A stretch of DNA of 64,000 nucleotides from Candidatus Latescibacterota bacterium (GTDB lineage Bacteria; Latescibacterota; UBA2968), in the NCBI GenBank assembly GCA_965204745.1, contig OZ242010.1, positions 2,656,001-2,720,000 on the forward strand. Direction: 5' to 3'. Position numbers and translations under genes: made by a program. Shown one piece after another: positions 1-10,396 of the stretch (position 1 is the stretch's first letter; each line of letters opens with the position of its first letter). Under the pieces are notes generated by a model. The model had not been told where the DNA came from, did not search any database, and saw only the letters and a program-made list of their open reading frames with translations.

Positions 1-523
1 GAATATTCACCTGAATATCGCGTGCGATGAGACGTGTGCTGCGGATGTGGTAGCTCTGCGCGTGGTTGCGGCTCTGTTCGCGGATGATCTCCTGCTTGAG
101 TTGGTCAATGCGTCTGGTGAGGGCTTGCAGTTGAAGCCGTTGCTCGCTCGGCGCTTGCCAAGGCACAAAAGGCATGCGCTCGGCATAGTCGAGGATCAAC
201 AACGCATCCTTCGCATCCGTCTTCGCCCGTTGCATGCAGGCTTGGGCGTACTTGCTCATCGCTTTGGGATTGACGACCATGACCTTTGTGTGGCGATGCC
301 GATGCAAGGCCAAGGCCACCCCCAAACTGTAAAGCCCGGTCGCTTCGAGGCACACAGAGACCATGTGCCCGCCCTTCGTGAGCCACTTCAGCAACCGCTT
401 ATGCGCTTGGGGATCATTGGCAAAGGTCGCTTGCATGACAGCTTGTCCGGGTCTGGACAGGGCAACGGACAACGTGCGGGCACTGACATCAATGCCGGCA
501 AAAGCGGGGTGAGATTTCGACAT
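1..523 (-). CDS. IS110 DEDD recombinase, N-terminal part
   Basis: Same sequence as the 57672 gene: GIDVS, CLEATG and KTDAKDA motifs. Confidence 0.9.
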   Translation of the reverse strand, partial: MSKSHPAFAGIDVSARTLSVALSRPGQAVMQATFANDPQAHKRLLKWLTKGGHMVSVCLEATGLYSLGVALALHRHRHTKVMVVNPKAMSKYAQACMQRAKTDAKDALLILDYAERMPFVPWQAPSEQRLQLQALTRRIDQLKQEIIREQSRNHAQSYHIRSTRLIARDIQVNI

Positions 524-534
524 GGGGGCCTCCT

Positions 535-785
535 GTGATGAGGGGGTTGTAAGGGATCTGGTGCGCGCTCGGGGTCGCGTCCCGACCATTGACGCCAAGT
601 CTACCGGTCTTGTATATGCAGCCTCAAGGGGCTTAGATACTCTTCGGCATAGACCCGGCGGTCGGGGGGCCTATCTTACCTACAAGGTCATCGCCTTCAA
701 GAGGGGCCGGCCTTCCCCGAGCCGGGCATCAAGATGGCTTATCTCGATACGAGGGCGCAACTCCTAATTAACCCTTACTTCCAAG
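535..785 (-). ncRNA. putative bridge RNA region of IS110 copy 1
   Basis: Non-coding end upstream of the recombinase, identical to 57410-57660, which carries target- and donor-matching loops. Confidence 0.7.
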
Positions 786-788
786 ATA

Positions 789-1110
789 CAAGAGGTAAGA
801 GGCTAGAGGTAAGAAGTGAGAGGTGAGAAGTGAGAGGCGAGATGGAGGGTTAGCCACAAAAGGCACAAAAGGCACAAAAGGAGTACAGGGCGATAGCCGT
901 TCAAAGGCACGAGCGGAGTACAACTGGCGATAGCCCGTTCAAAGGCACGAGCGGGCAACTGGCGACAACCCGTTCAAAGGCGAGCAGTGTGTAGGGGCGA
1001 TGCCCCTGTGCTTGTTTTTCGCCTTTCGCGTCTTGCGTCTTGCGTCTCACCTCTTCCCGCTTGTTTTTCGCCTTTCGCGTCTTGCGTCTTGCGTCTCACC
1101 TCTTCCCGCT
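789..1110. repeat. cluster of purine-rich heptamers, GGCACAAAA nonamers, GTACAACTGGCGA units and a 49-bp tandem duplication (1010-1107)
   Basis: Read directly. Related units recur at 4005-4160 and, inverted, at 14040-14195. Confidence 0.8.
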
Positions 1111-2068
1111 CGATTTCAAAGCCCAAGTCGGCGATCATGCGATGGGTGGCTTCCACATCGAGGCCGCCCGTGGTCAAATACCCTTCCATGAAGAGCGAGT
1201 TGGCCGGGTAGAGCGCGAGGGGTTGGAGGGAGCGGAGATTTTTTTCTCGCCCGCCCGCGACTCGGATTTCGGTCGCTGGGTTGACAAAGCGGAATACGCA
1301 CAAGGCGCGCAGGCAGTCGTGCGGGGTCAGGGCGTTGTGATCGGACAGGGGCGTGCCCGGGATGGGGTGCAGGAAATTGACCGGAATGGAGTTGACGCCC
1401 AAATCGCGCAAGGACACGGCCATGGCGATGATGTCCGCGTGGGTTTCGCCCATGCCAATGATGCCGCCGCTACACGTCTCGAGGCCGGCTTTTTGGATGT
1501 TGTACAGGGTTTCCAGGCGGTCTTCGTACGCGTGCGTAGAGACGATGTTCGGGGTGTGCGCTCGGCTGGTATTGAGGTTGTGGTTGACGCGATCCACACC
1601 GGCGTCTTTGAGGCGCTGCGCGTTTTCTGCGGTGAGCAGGCCCAAGCAACAGCAGATGTCGATATCGACTTCGCGTTTGATTTGGCGCACGGTGTCGGTC
1701 AGGGCGTCCAATTCCCCGTTGGTGGGCGCGCGCCCACTGGTGACGATGCAGTAGCGATACGCGCCGTTTTTATGGGCTTGGCGCGCGGCATCCACGATTT
1801 CACGGGCAGGCCGCAGGGGGTATTTGTCGATAGTTGCGGTGGAGATGGATGATTGCGAGCAATAGGCGCAGTCTTCCGGGCACAAGCCGCTTTTGGCATT
1901 CATCAAAACATGGATGTGGACTTTGCGCCCGAAGTGGTGGCGGCGCACCTGAAAGGCCGCGTGCAACAAGGGCAAAATGTCGCGGTCCGGAGTTTGCAGA
2001 ACCGCGTGCATGTCAGCGGTTGACAGGCCGTCGCCACAGAGGGCTTTGTCGGCATAATCGGTGTACAT
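974..2068 (-). CDS. bioB: biotin synthase (radical SAM)
   Basis: CPEDCAYCSQS motif, NHNLNTS, CSGGIIGMGE, SIPVNFL, IRVAGGRE. Start taken at MYTDY, not at 2740. Confidence 0.95.
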   Translation of the reverse strand: MYTDYADKALCGDGLSTADMHAVLQTPDRDILPLLHAAFQVRRHHFGRKVHIHVLMNAKSGLCPEDCAYCSQSSISTATIDKYPLRPAREIVDAARQAHKNGAYRYCIVTSGRAPTNGELDALTDTVRQIKREVDIDICCCLGLLTAENAQRLKDAGVDRVNHNLNTSRAHTPNIVSTHAYEDRLETLYNIQKAGLETCSGGIIGMGETHADIIAMAVSLRDLGVNSIPVNFLHPIPGTPLSDHNALTPHDCLRALCVFRFVNPATEIRVAGGREKNLRSLQPLALYPANSLFMEGYLTTGGLDVEATHRMIADLGFEIEREEVRRKTQDAKGEKQAGRGETQDARRERRKTSTGASPLHTARL

Positions 2069-2148
2069 AGTGCGTCCTGAATTTGTGTGATGGTCGGGCG
2101 GAGATTCGCAACTCGATGGCCGCCAAAGTCGTCCAACGCCTGTACCTT

Positions 2149-2670
2149 TTAGCGGTAAAACGCCAAGCCAATGGCCGCGGTGGCGACAATGGCCAGGGCC
2201 GGATGCAGGTTGAGAAAGTAGATGGCGACAAACGCGCCGCAGGCGATGAGGCCCGTGTGCCAAGAGGTGACGGATTTGGGACACATTTCCCAGATCACGA
2301 CGAGCAACAACCCGACCACGGCCGGGCGCACGGCTTTGAGCATGGCCTGCACGAGCGGGGTGTCTTTGTATTTGAGGAAGAACAGGGCGAGGATCATCAT
2401 CATGAGCAACGAGGGGAAGACCGTGCCAAAGAGGGCGACCAAGAGGCCGGGGATATGGGCGACTTTGTACCCGATGTACGCGGCCATTTTGGTGGCGATG
2501 GGACCGGGCAGGGCATAGCCCATCGCAAGGGCGTCTGTAAATTCCTCGATAGTCATCCAGCCGTTGACATCCACGACTTCCTCTTGGACGAGGGGGATCA
2601 TCGAAGGCCCGCCGCCGTACGCGAAGACGCCGACTTTGGTGAATGAGATGAACAAGCGCAACAGGTCCAT
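2149..2670 (-). CDS. short-chain chromate transporter (CHR family)
   Basis: KVGVFAYGGG, ALPGPIA and KAVRPAVVGL motifs; hydrophobic. Confidence 0.85.
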   Translation of the reverse strand: MDLLRLFISFTKVGVFAYGGGPSMIPLVQEEVVDVNGWMTIEEFTDALAMGYALPGPIATKMAAYIGYKVAHIPGLLVALFGTVFPSLLMMMILALFFLKYKDTPLVQAMLKAVRPAVVGLLLVVIWEMCPKSVTSWHTGLIACGAFVAIYFLNLHPALAIVATAAIGLAFYR

Positions 2671-2771
2671 TGCGTTCCTCCTCTTTGTTTTGCGTGCGAA
2701 TTTGCAATATATCCTTTTCGCGGATTTGAGACAAGGCCATTTATCGGCATCTTGAAACGCGCCCGCTGATT

Positions 2772-3122
2772 TTACCTCCCCAACATCCTGCCCAAAGGTC
2801 GCCCGCCCACCAGGTGCATGTGAATGTGATACACCTCTTGCCCCCCGTTGCGGTTGCAGTTGATGATCAGGCGATACCCGTCTGCGGCAATCCCCTCATC
2901 CGCTGCGAGTTTCGCCGCCACAGTCAGCATGCGGCCCAGCGCGGGTTCGTCTTCTGTGGTCGCGTCATTCACCGTCGGAATCAATTTGTTGGGGACGATT
3001 AACACATGCGTGGGGGCTTGGGGATTGATGTCCCGAAATGCCGTCACTAGATCGTCCTGATACACGATATCCGCGCTGATTTCGCGGCGGATAATTTTGC
3101 TGAAAATCGTTTCTTCTGCCAT
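2772..3122 (-). CDS. hinT: histidine triad nucleotide-binding protein
   Basis: [34 protein letters not shown] triad; GGAG RBS upstream. Confidence 0.93.
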   Translation of the reverse strand: MAEETIFSKIIRREISADIVYQDDLVTAFRDINPQAPTHVLIVPNKLIPTVNDATTEDEPALGRMLTVAAKLAADEGIAADGYRLIINCNRNGGQEVYHIHMHLVGGRPLGRMLGR

Positions 3123-3210
3123 GGTGCTCTCCTGTGTTGGACGTTTGAACGCGCTGCATGATAGCGAATGGGCGTCATTTTGCCAACCAAATGTTTGCGA
3201 TAAAAAATTC

Positions 3211-3239
3211 TTGAAGTTATCCATGCAACCCTGTATATT
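3211..3239 (+). promoter_or_regulatory. sigma70-like promoter for rpmG-rpmB
   Basis: TTGAAG-17 nt-TATATT. Confidence 0.55.
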
Positions 3240-3296
3240 GACCTTTCCATTCCGCCGCGTGTTGATGGCTCACACAAAAAGACACTGGAGGTCACC

Positions 3297-3461
3297 ATGG
3301 CCAAGCGACAGGGCAACCGCATACTCGTCAAAATGAAAAGCACGGAAAGTTCGCACTATTACCACACGGAAAAAAATCGGCAAAATCATCCCGACCGCCT
3401 CGAACTCAAAAAATTCGATCCCACATTGCGTAAGCATGTGCTCTATCGAGAAGACAGATAA
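3297..3461 (+). CDS. rpmG: 50S ribosomal protein L33, Cys-free form (absent from the ORF track)
   Basis: Translates to [62 protein letters not shown]. Confidence 0.93.
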   Translation: MAKRQGNRILVKMKSTESSHYYHTEKNRQNHPDRLELKKFDPTLRKHVLYREDR

Positions 3462-3476
3462 CAAGGAGATTTTTCT

Positions 3477-3719
3477 ATGGCCAGACGTTGTAGCATCACG
3501 GGAAAGGGACCGCTCGCCGGCAATCATGTGTCCCATTCCAACCGCAAAGTTAAACGGGTGCAAAAGCCCAATCTAAAAAGCAAACGCATTTACGTGCCCG
3601 AACTCGGTCGCTTTGTGCGTATCAAACTCTCGGCTCGCGCCCTGCGTACCGTGAACAGGAAAGGGCTGTTGCCTTTTCTCAAAGACCGGGGCCTTTCACT
3701 GGAGGAAGTCGCGCTGTAA
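3477..3719 (+). CDS. rpmB: 50S ribosomal protein L28
   Basis: MARRCSITGK..GNHVSHSNRKVKR..KPNL; AAGGAG RBS. Confidence 0.95.
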   Translation: MARRCSITGKGPLAGNHVSHSNRKVKRVQKPNLKSKRIYVPELGRFVRIKLSARALRTVNRKGLLPFLKDRGLSLEEVAL

Positions 3720-3732
3720 CACATAACTATCT

Positions 3733-3882
3733 CGGATTCAGGTCGCCAATAGGGAAAACGGTGAAAATCCGTTGCGGTCCCGCCGCTGTAACTGGAGATG
3801 CTCCTCGCCTGTATGCCACTGGCAACGCGCTGGGAAGGCGCGAGAAGCGATGATCCAGAAGCCAGAAGACCTGCCTGAATCT
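3733..3882 (+). ncRNA. cobalamin riboswitch
   Basis: AATAGGGAA..CGGTGAAAATCCG..GCGGTCCCGCCGCTGTAA, GCCACTG..GGGAAGG, and B12 box AGCCAGAAGACCTGCC; lies upstream of btu-like genes. Confidence 0.95.
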
Positions 3883-3961
3883 CAGACCTTGTTCGTTTCC
3901 TCGTGGATTGGGAAAAAGGTGAGAGAATGTCGGTAATGCGGTGTACCGCGTACTGAATCTG

Positions 3962-3996
3962 TCCCTGATTTCTGTGAGGAAATCGGGGATTTTTTT
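3962..3996 (+). terminator. intrinsic terminator, probable riboswitch expression platform
   Basis: TCCCTGATTTC-loop-GAAATCGGGGA followed by a T run. Confidence 0.75.
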
Positions 3997-4330
3997 GGTT
4001 AAAGGTGAGACGGGAGAGGTAAGACGGGAGAGGTAAGACGGGAGAGGTAAGACGTAAGAAGGCCACAAAAAGCACGAGCGGGGTACAACTGGCGACAGCC
4101 AGTTCAAAGGCACAAAAGGGGTACAACTAGCGATAGCCCGTTCAAAGACACAAAAGGTAGTAGCATGTAGGGGTGCGGGCCTGTGCTCGCCCGAAGCAGT
4201 AGTCAGTGGTCAGTATGTTGTGTTGACATTTTATTTTTTTTCACTTTACGCACCGATTAGCAAACGTGTTGCTTGCTCATTTAAGGCGTTTCCTTTGATG
4301 GCTTAGGGTTGCTCTGATGGCGTTTTGCGA

Positions 4331-4563
4331 GGGGACCTATCCCCCGGCCCCTTTCCTACGAGGAAAGGGGAGTAAAGCTCCTTTGATGGCTTAGGTTGAT
4401 CTGATGGCGTTGACCGAGGGCATAAAGCGATTAAAAATCCCTCATCAATCCCCTCGCAAAACCGCTCACTGTTCCCCCCTTCCTCGCAGGAAGGGGGGCT
4501 AGGGGGGTAGGTCCCGATAAGGAGCGACTATTCCAGTTTCTCAAACCGAGAGCATATCCTGCA
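4331..4563 (+). repeat. composite hairpin (REP/MITE-like) repeat
   Basis: GGGACCTATCCCCCGGCCCCTTTCCTACGAGGAAAGGGG plus an inverted partner; homologous to 8155-8545, 11578-12110, 26007-26240 and 32324-32525. Confidence 0.85.
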
Positions 4564-4634
4564 AATAGTGCCTGATTTTCCCGATAAACACCTCAACGGG
4601 GCGGTGCCCCCGTGCCCGGTCGAATCGGCGAAAG

Positions 4635-5756
4635 GTGAACGCCATGTCCAACATCAAAATACTATTCCTCTGTTGCATCGCGGTTTGGGGCGCGGTTGTG
4701 CCCATCGAGGCGCGATTGAATTTGCATTATGCACGCGGTTTCCGGGTGGATTATTTCAAAGGGTACAAGGTCGTCACCGTGCATGCACGCCAGCGCGGTG
4801 CAGAGGCATCGTTTCAGTACGTGTTGGTGCAGCGCGGGCATGCGCGGCCCGATGGGTATGAGGGCGTTCCGCATATCGAAATCCCGGTGCGGACTTTGAT
4901 TGCGACCTCCACTACGCACTTGCCGCACATCGAAAAGCTCGGTGAACTCGACCGTCTCATTGCGATAGACAACATCAAATACGTCAATTCACAGGCCATC
5001 AATCGGCGTTTTGAAGCCGGCAAATTGACCGAAATCGGGCGGGGCACGGCCATGGATAGAGAAAAGGTCTTGGTGCTCCAACCCGATCTCCTCATCACAG
5101 ACGCGGCCGATAACACCCATCTCGCGCTACAACAGGCCGGCATCCCGGTTGTGATAAACGCCGCGTACGCCGAACCCTCTTTGCTCGGTCGCGTGGAGTG
5201 GATCAAACTGATCGCTGCTTTTTTTGACAAAGAAGAACGGGCATCCGCCCAATTTGACGGGGTGGTTGCCCGCTACGAGGCGCGCAAAGCATTGACGCAA
5301 CATTTGCCGGCAAGTGCTCGCCCCTCGGTGTTTGTAGGCTCGCTCTGGCGCGGAACGTGGTTTATGTCCGGCGGCGAGACGTACGCGGCGCAACTGCTCA
5401 AAGACGCGGGCGCGAATTACCTGTGGGCAGACGACGACTCGCAACAGAGTTTGTCGCTCGATTTTGAAACAGTGTACGAAAAGGCGCACGATGCGGATTG
5501 CTGGATCACCATGCAAAATGCGTGGGTGTCTCGAAGCGATGTTGCGACTGCGGACGAGCGGTACCAAACATTCTCCGCCTTCAAATCCGGGCAAATTTTC
5601 AACGCCAATGCACGTCTCAACAAATACGGCGGCAATGATTACTGGGAAACCGGGCTGATAGAACCCGACATGCTCTTGGCTGACATCATCAAGATTCTGC
5701 ATCCCAATTTGCTACCAGACCACCAACTCAAATACTACCGAAAACTCGATCCGTAG
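4635..5756 (+). CDS. cobalamin/siderophore ABC transporter substrate-binding protein (BtuF-like)
   Basis: Signal peptide; IPVRTLIATSTT, LQPDLLI, GRVEWIK, GGNDYWETG; follows the riboswitch. Confidence 0.88.
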   Translation: MNAMSNIKILFLCCIAVWGAVVPIEARLNLHYARGFRVDYFKGYKVVTVHARQRGAEASFQYVLVQRGHARPDGYEGVPHIEIPVRTLIATSTTHLPHIEKLGELDRLIAIDNIKYVNSQAINRRFEAGKLTEIGRGTAMDREKVLVLQPDLLITDAADNTHLALQQAGIPVVINAAYAEPSLLGRVEWIKLIAAFFDKEERASAQFDGVVARYEARKALTQHLPASARPSVFVGSLWRGTWFMSGGETYAAQLLKDAGANYLWADDDSQQSLSLDFETVYEKAHDADCWITMQNAWVSRSDVATADERYQTFSAFKSGQIFNANARLNKYGGNDYWETGLIEPDMLLADIIKILHPNLLPDHQLKYYRKLDP

Positions 5757-5869
5757 TCCGAATCCAATGGTTTAGAACAAGGGAAAACGCACGGGCGGAC
5801 GATGGGCAGAGTGGGGCACGCACGGACGAGGTGGAAGGGATGGGCGGGCCGCTGGGCGGAGACTTTTTT

Positions 5870-8065
5870 ATGCGCTACATCATTTTCTTTCTGTGCTTGC
5901 ACACCCCGCTTTGGGCCGCGCAACTCGTCGGGCGGGTCGTTGATGCAGAGACCCAGAGGCCCGTCGCAAATGCGAGTGTTCGCATCCACAATGCCGCGGT
6001 TGCGACTCAGACGGATGGAACTGGACGCTTTGCGTTTCTCGATCTGTCGCTCGGCCCTTATACCCTCGCCATATCCCATGTGGCCTACGACTCGGTCGAG
6101 CGCGCCGTGCAGGCGACCGAAACCGGCGAACTTTTGATCGCGCTTTCGCCCAAAACGCTTTCGCTCGACGAACTCTCGGTCATCGCGGATCCCAGCGGCA
6201 CGGGCGATATTTACAGGCATTCGGCGTATGCGACCGTGATCACGCGCGAATATTTTGACGGGCGAGAAACCTCCTTGCCCGATGTATTGGCCGAAGCCGT
6301 GGGCGTGCAGGTCAAACGCTTGGGGGGCTTGGGCGCGTTCAGCGCGATTTCCCTGCGCGGATCATCCGCCGATCAGGTCGAGGTCTATCTCGATGGCATG
6401 TTGCTCAATGCCGCGGTTGGCGGGGGCGTCGACCTCGGCAATCTCCCGCTCGCGCACGTCGGGCAAATTGAAATCTATCGCGGCGCGGGGGGCAATGGCT
6501 TGGGCGGCGCGGTGCATGTGCGGACGCGCCCCACCGCCGAGCAGGGATCGCGCGAGATTCGCGGATCGTGGGGGTCGTTTGACACGCGATCACTCAGCGG
6601 CGCGATAGCGGGCGGGGTTGGGCAGTCGCGGTTTTTGGCGGTGGCCGATTACGCACACAGCGACAACGATTTTGGATTTCTCGACGACAATGGCACGGAA
6701 TACAATGCCGATGACGATGCGTGGCACAGTCGGCAGAACAACGCCCACCTATCGGTCAATTTTTTGGGCAAATGGCGGCACGCATTCGGCACGCGCAGAA
6801 CCCTGTCCGTCCAAGAGACCGCGTACTGGAAACGCCAGGGCATCCCCGGCATTGGCAACAACCAATCGCAACATGCCCAACTACGCGCCTTCCGAACCTT
6901 TACTGAAATCGCTTATGAAGATCGCGCCTTGTTGCGCGGCATCACCCTGCGCCAGTCGCTCTATTTTACCCATACCAAAGAGCGGTTCCGCGATCTCGAT
7001 GGCGAAATCGGCATTGGCCGCCAAGACAACGATTACCGCACGCGCACGTACGGATGGCGAGGTCAGATCCAAACCGTTCTCTTGTCGTGCGGTGATATTG
7101 CGGCATCGCTCGACCTGCATCGCGAGACCTATTTGCCCACGACCCGCATCGGCACGAGCGTCAATTTGTTCGACAGCCAGCGGTGGATCATGTCTGCGCG
7201 CGCGCGCCTGGACATCCCGTTGCCGCGCAATATCGGCTTATGGTCTTTTGGCGTGGAACAACGCCGCATCCACAGTTCGTTCACCGGTGCCAATCCCTTC
7301 AATTTTTCGCCTCTCGCGCCCGATTCGACCCATAAGCGCGATTTGACCAGCTTGCGGTCGGGCGTGCGACTTGACCTGACGCCCAACACAATGCTCAAAG
7401 CCAATGCCGGGCGCGTGTTTCGAGTGCCTTCTTTTTACGAACTTTTCGGCGACCGCGGCGGCATCGTGGGCAATGTCGATCTCGTGCCGGAGCGCGGGCG
7501 CACTTGGGATGCGGGTCTGCGTTATGCAGACGAGACGACCGAGCTAGAGGGCGCGTATTTTGACCATCGCTATGAAAATTTGATCCAGTTTGTCCACACG
7601 TCACAAGCCACGGCGCGCCCGGTCAACATCGGCAATGCGCGCGTGCATGGGCTTGAGTTCACCGCGCAAAAACGCTTTGGCGACCACGTCAATCTGTCGG
7701 GTAATTACACTTTTCAGCGCGCCAAAGACAAATCCGATATCCCCCATCTCAGCGGCAATACCTTGCCCAACCGCCCGCCCCACGCGCTTTTTGCCCGCAT
7801 CGCGACGCGCATGGGCCGTTGCACGGTTTTTTACGATTACACGTTTGAAGATGGCAATTTTCTCGACCGCGCCAATCGCCGCCCATTGTCCGCGCGGCAC
7901 ATTCACAACGCGGGCGTAAAAATACCGGTCGAGCGACGGGTTCGCATTGGCCTTGAGGCGAAAAATTTGAGCGGTTCACAAATCGCCGATACCTGGGGCT
8001 ATCCCCTGCCGGGACGGGCGTTTTTTATCAGCATATCCACAGGAGGAACCACAGATGAACACTGA
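5870..8065 (+). CDS. TonB-dependent receptor, BtuB-like, with N-terminal carboxypeptidase-regulatory-like domain
   Basis: Plug motif ISLRGS..QVEVYLDG, GNVDLVPERG, YPLPGR C-terminus. Confidence 0.9.
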   Translation: MRYIIFFLCLHTPLWAAQLVGRVVDAETQRPVANASVRIHNAAVATQTDGTGRFAFLDLSLGPYTLAISHVAYDSVERAVQATETGELLIALSPKTLSLDELSVIADPSGTGDIYRHSAYATVITREYFDGRETSLPDVLAEAVGVQVKRLGGLGAFSAISLRGSSADQVEVYLDGMLLNAAVGGGVDLGNLPLAHVGQIEIYRGAGGNGLGGAVHVRTRPTAEQGSREIRGSWGSFDTRSLSGAIAGGVGQSRFLAVADYAHSDNDFGFLDDNGTEYNADDDAWHSRQNNAHLSVNFLGKWRHAFGTRRTLSVQETAYWKRQGIPGIGNNQSQHAQLRAFRTFTEIAYEDRALLRGITLRQSLYFTHTKERFRDLDGEIGIGRQDNDYRTRTYGWRGQIQTVLLSCGDIAASLDLHRETYLPTTRIGTSVNLFDSQRWIMSARARLDIPLPRNIGLWSFGVEQRRIHSSFTGANPFNFSPLAPDSTHKRDLTSLRSGVRLDLTPNTMLKANAGRVFRVPSFYELFGDRGGIVGNVDLVPERGRTWDAGLRYADETTELEGAYFDHRYENLIQFVHTSQATARPVNIGNARVHGLEFTAQKRFGDHVNLSGNYTFQRAKDKSDIPHLSGNTLPNRPPHALFARIATRMGRCTVFYDYTFEDGNFLDRANRRPLSARHIHNAGVKIPVERRVRIGLEAKNLSGSQIADTWGYPLPGRAFFISISTGGTTDEH

Positions 8066-8154
8066 TGAACACTGATGGACAGATTAGGTTCTGTTGACAT
8101 TGACGAGCAAAGCAACTGGCTTGAGCGATTTATCGAGAAAATCAAGCCCTATCT

Positions 8155-8545
8155 CAGGATATGCTCTCGATTTGAGAAACTGGAACAGTCGCTCCTTATC
8201 GGGACCTACCCCCCTAACCCCCCTTCCTGCGAGGAAGGGGGGAACGCGGATGGGTTTTGCGAGGGTGTTGATGAGGGATTTTTAATCGCTTTATGCTCTA
8301 TCGGGACCTACCCCCTAACCCCGTTACTCGCTACGCTTCGTTGTAGGCTACGCCTGTGCCTGCGAGGAAGGGGGGAACGCGGATGGGTTTTGTGAGGGGA
8401 TGGTGTGAGGGATATTTAATCGCTTTATGCCCTCGTGCAACGCCATCAGAGCAACCCAGAGCGAGAAGCCATCAAAGGAGCTTTACTCCCCTTTCCTCGT
8501 AGGAAAGGGGCCGGGGGATAGGTCCCCTCGGTCAACGCCATCAAA
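8155..8545 (-). repeat. composite hairpin repeat, inverted copy with an internal duplication
   Basis: Reverse complement of 4331-4563. Confidence 0.85.
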
Positions 8546-8692
8546 GGACCAAACGCCTTAGAGGCGCGGGCCGAGGTCACGCACACGGCGGGATGAGGAC
8601 GGGATGGGCACGCACGGGCGGTTGGGCGGTGAGGTGAGGCCGCACGGGCGGCGGGGTGGAGAGGTGGACTGAACTTTTCAAAGGAGCGTATC

Positions 8693-9844
8693 ATGAAGTT
8701 GTTTGTGATTTTGGTGTCCTGTTTGATTGTCGCTTGTTTGATGGCGGCGTGTGAAAAAAAAGACAACCCTATGACAAGTGACCCCGATTTGGCATTGCAG
8801 ACAAATCTGGCGGTTATGACGACGACGGATTACAATAGTGGCAACCTGTCCAGTTTGGATTTGCAGACGCACGTCGCGACCCGCGATCACCTGACGATTC
8901 ATTCCGATGCTGTGGTGCGCGTTTATCGGGACGAGGTGTACGTCCTCAACCGGTTGGGACAAGACAATGTGATCGTTTTGAACAGCGGGGATTTGAAGAC
9001 GCCGCTGACGCAGTATTCAACTGGCAATGGCAGCAACCCGCACGACTTGGCGTTTGTCAGCGAGGATAAGGCGTACATCTCGCGGTACGAACGCACGCAG
9101 TTGCTCGTCGTCAATCCGGTGACGGGCGATTCCCTGGGCGCGGTTGATCTGTCGGGATTTGCCGACGCGGATGGCTTGCCCGAGATGTCTCAACTCGCCC
9201 TGTACGGCAATCGCCTGTTTGTCGCGTGTCAGCGTTTGGACAGGGACAATGGCTATGTGCCTGCGGATGTTTCGATTATTGCGGTCATTGACGTAACAAC
9301 CGATCAGGTGGTGGATGTGGATGAGAACGCCGCGGGCGTGCAGGGCGTTGCGATGGCGGGCAAGAATCCCGCAGGCGCGGTGCAACGCGGTGGGAAGTGG
9401 ATATTGAGCACGGTCAATACGTTTGCGGATTTGACGGATGGCGGTATAGAAGTGATCGATCTGGCAAATTTGAGGAGCGAGGGCATCGCCCTTGGCGAGA
9501 TGGCTTTGGGCGGCAATTTGAGTTCTCTGACGATGGTTTCCGATAGCGAGGGGTATGTCGTCGTCACAGATGCGAATTTTGCCAATGCGGTCAAACGCTT
9601 TGATTTGGCAACGCAGTTTGTGTCCCCGAGTTTGGAGGGTCTTTCGGGCGGATTCGTCCCCGGTTTGGGCGCGTTTGGCAACGGGTTGTACGTGTTGGAC
9701 CGGGGCAGTTTTACCGATCCCGCATCTGCTGGCGTGAAGGTTTTCGATGTGAATACCCATCAACTCGTCGCCGGCCCCATCAGCACGGGGTTGCCGCCTT
9801 CGAGCATTGCATTTGTGGGTAGCCCCGCGGATTCTGGCGGATGA
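8693..9844 (+). CDS. beta-propeller lipoprotein (YncE/BtuG-like)
   Basis: Lipobox LMAAC, NPHDLAFVSEDKAYIS, repeated beta-strand units; B12 gene context. Confidence 0.75.
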   Translation: MKLFVILVSCLIVACLMAACEKKDNPMTSDPDLALQTNLAVMTTTDYNSGNLSSLDLQTHVATRDHLTIHSDAVVRVYRDEVYVLNRLGQDNVIVLNSGDLKTPLTQYSTGNGSNPHDLAFVSEDKAYISRYERTQLLVVNPVTGDSLGAVDLSGFADADGLPEMSQLALYGNRLFVACQRLDRDNGYVPADVSIIAVIDVTTDQVVDVDENAAGVQGVAMAGKNPAGAVQRGGKWILSTVNTFADLTDGGIEVIDLANLRSEGIALGEMALGGNLSSLTMVSDSEGYVVVTDANFANAVKRFDLATQFVSPSLEGLSGGFVPGLGAFGNGLYVLDRGSFTDPASAGVKVFDVNTHQLVAGPISTGLPPSSIAFVGSPADSGG

Positions 9845-9856
9845 TTGGAGGGTTGA

Positions 9857-10396
9857 ATGAAAAAGCGACACGTCAAAAAGGGCTTGGTCATGGTCAATAC
9901 CGGCGATGGCAAGGGCAAGACCACCGCCGCGCTGGGGGTGATGACCCGCGCATGGGGGCGCAAAATGCGCGTGGGGGTGATTCAGTTTTTGAAGCACGAG
10001 AACGCCAATTTCGGCGAGATTCGCGCGGCCAGACGCATGGCAATCGACTGGATTGGCACAGGGGATGGGTGGACGTGGAAGAGCAAGGACATCGATGAGA
10101 CGCAGGCGCGGGCATTGCGCGGTTGGGAACTGGCACAGGAGCGCATTGCGAGCGGAGAATACGATCTGTTTATTTTGGACGAGTTCACGTATCTGATGGA
10201 TTTTGGCTGGTTGGATGCGACCGAGGTGGTGGCCTGGCTGCGCGAGAACAAGCCCGAGATGTTGCACGTCATCATCACGGGCCGAAACGCGCCCGATGCG
10301 TTGATCGCCCATGCCGATTTGGTGACAGAGATGCGAGAGATCAAGCATCCGTTCCGCGATCAGGATATCGTCGCGCAGCCGGGGATCGATTTTTAG
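9857..10396 (+). CDS. cobO: corrinoid adenosyltransferase
   Basis: [52 protein letters not shown]. Confidence 0.95.
   Translation: MKKRHVKKGLVMVNTGDGKGKTTAALGVMTRAWGRKMRVGVIQFLKHENANFGEIRAARRMAIDWIGTGDGWTWKSKDIDETQARALRGWELAQERIASGEYDLFILDEFTYLMDFGWLDATEVVAWLRENKPEMLHVIITGRNAPDALIAHADLVTEMREIKHPFRDQDIVAQPGIDF

Larger units (their letters stand above)
1..788 (-). mobile_element. IS110-family element copy 1 (partial, runs off window start)
   Basis: Reverse complement of 57407-58194. Identity breaks shortly beyond the TATCT core (784-788) and the shared target heptamer CCTCTTG. Confidence 0.92.

Noticed and set aside
2069-2740. 588-aa ORF as an N-terminally extended BioB
   Set aside because: The extension is an alternative frame over the chromate transporter gene; BioB similarity starts at 2068.
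3185-3240. Zur box upstream of rpmG
   Set aside because: AT-rich, but no convincing palindrome could be identified by eye.
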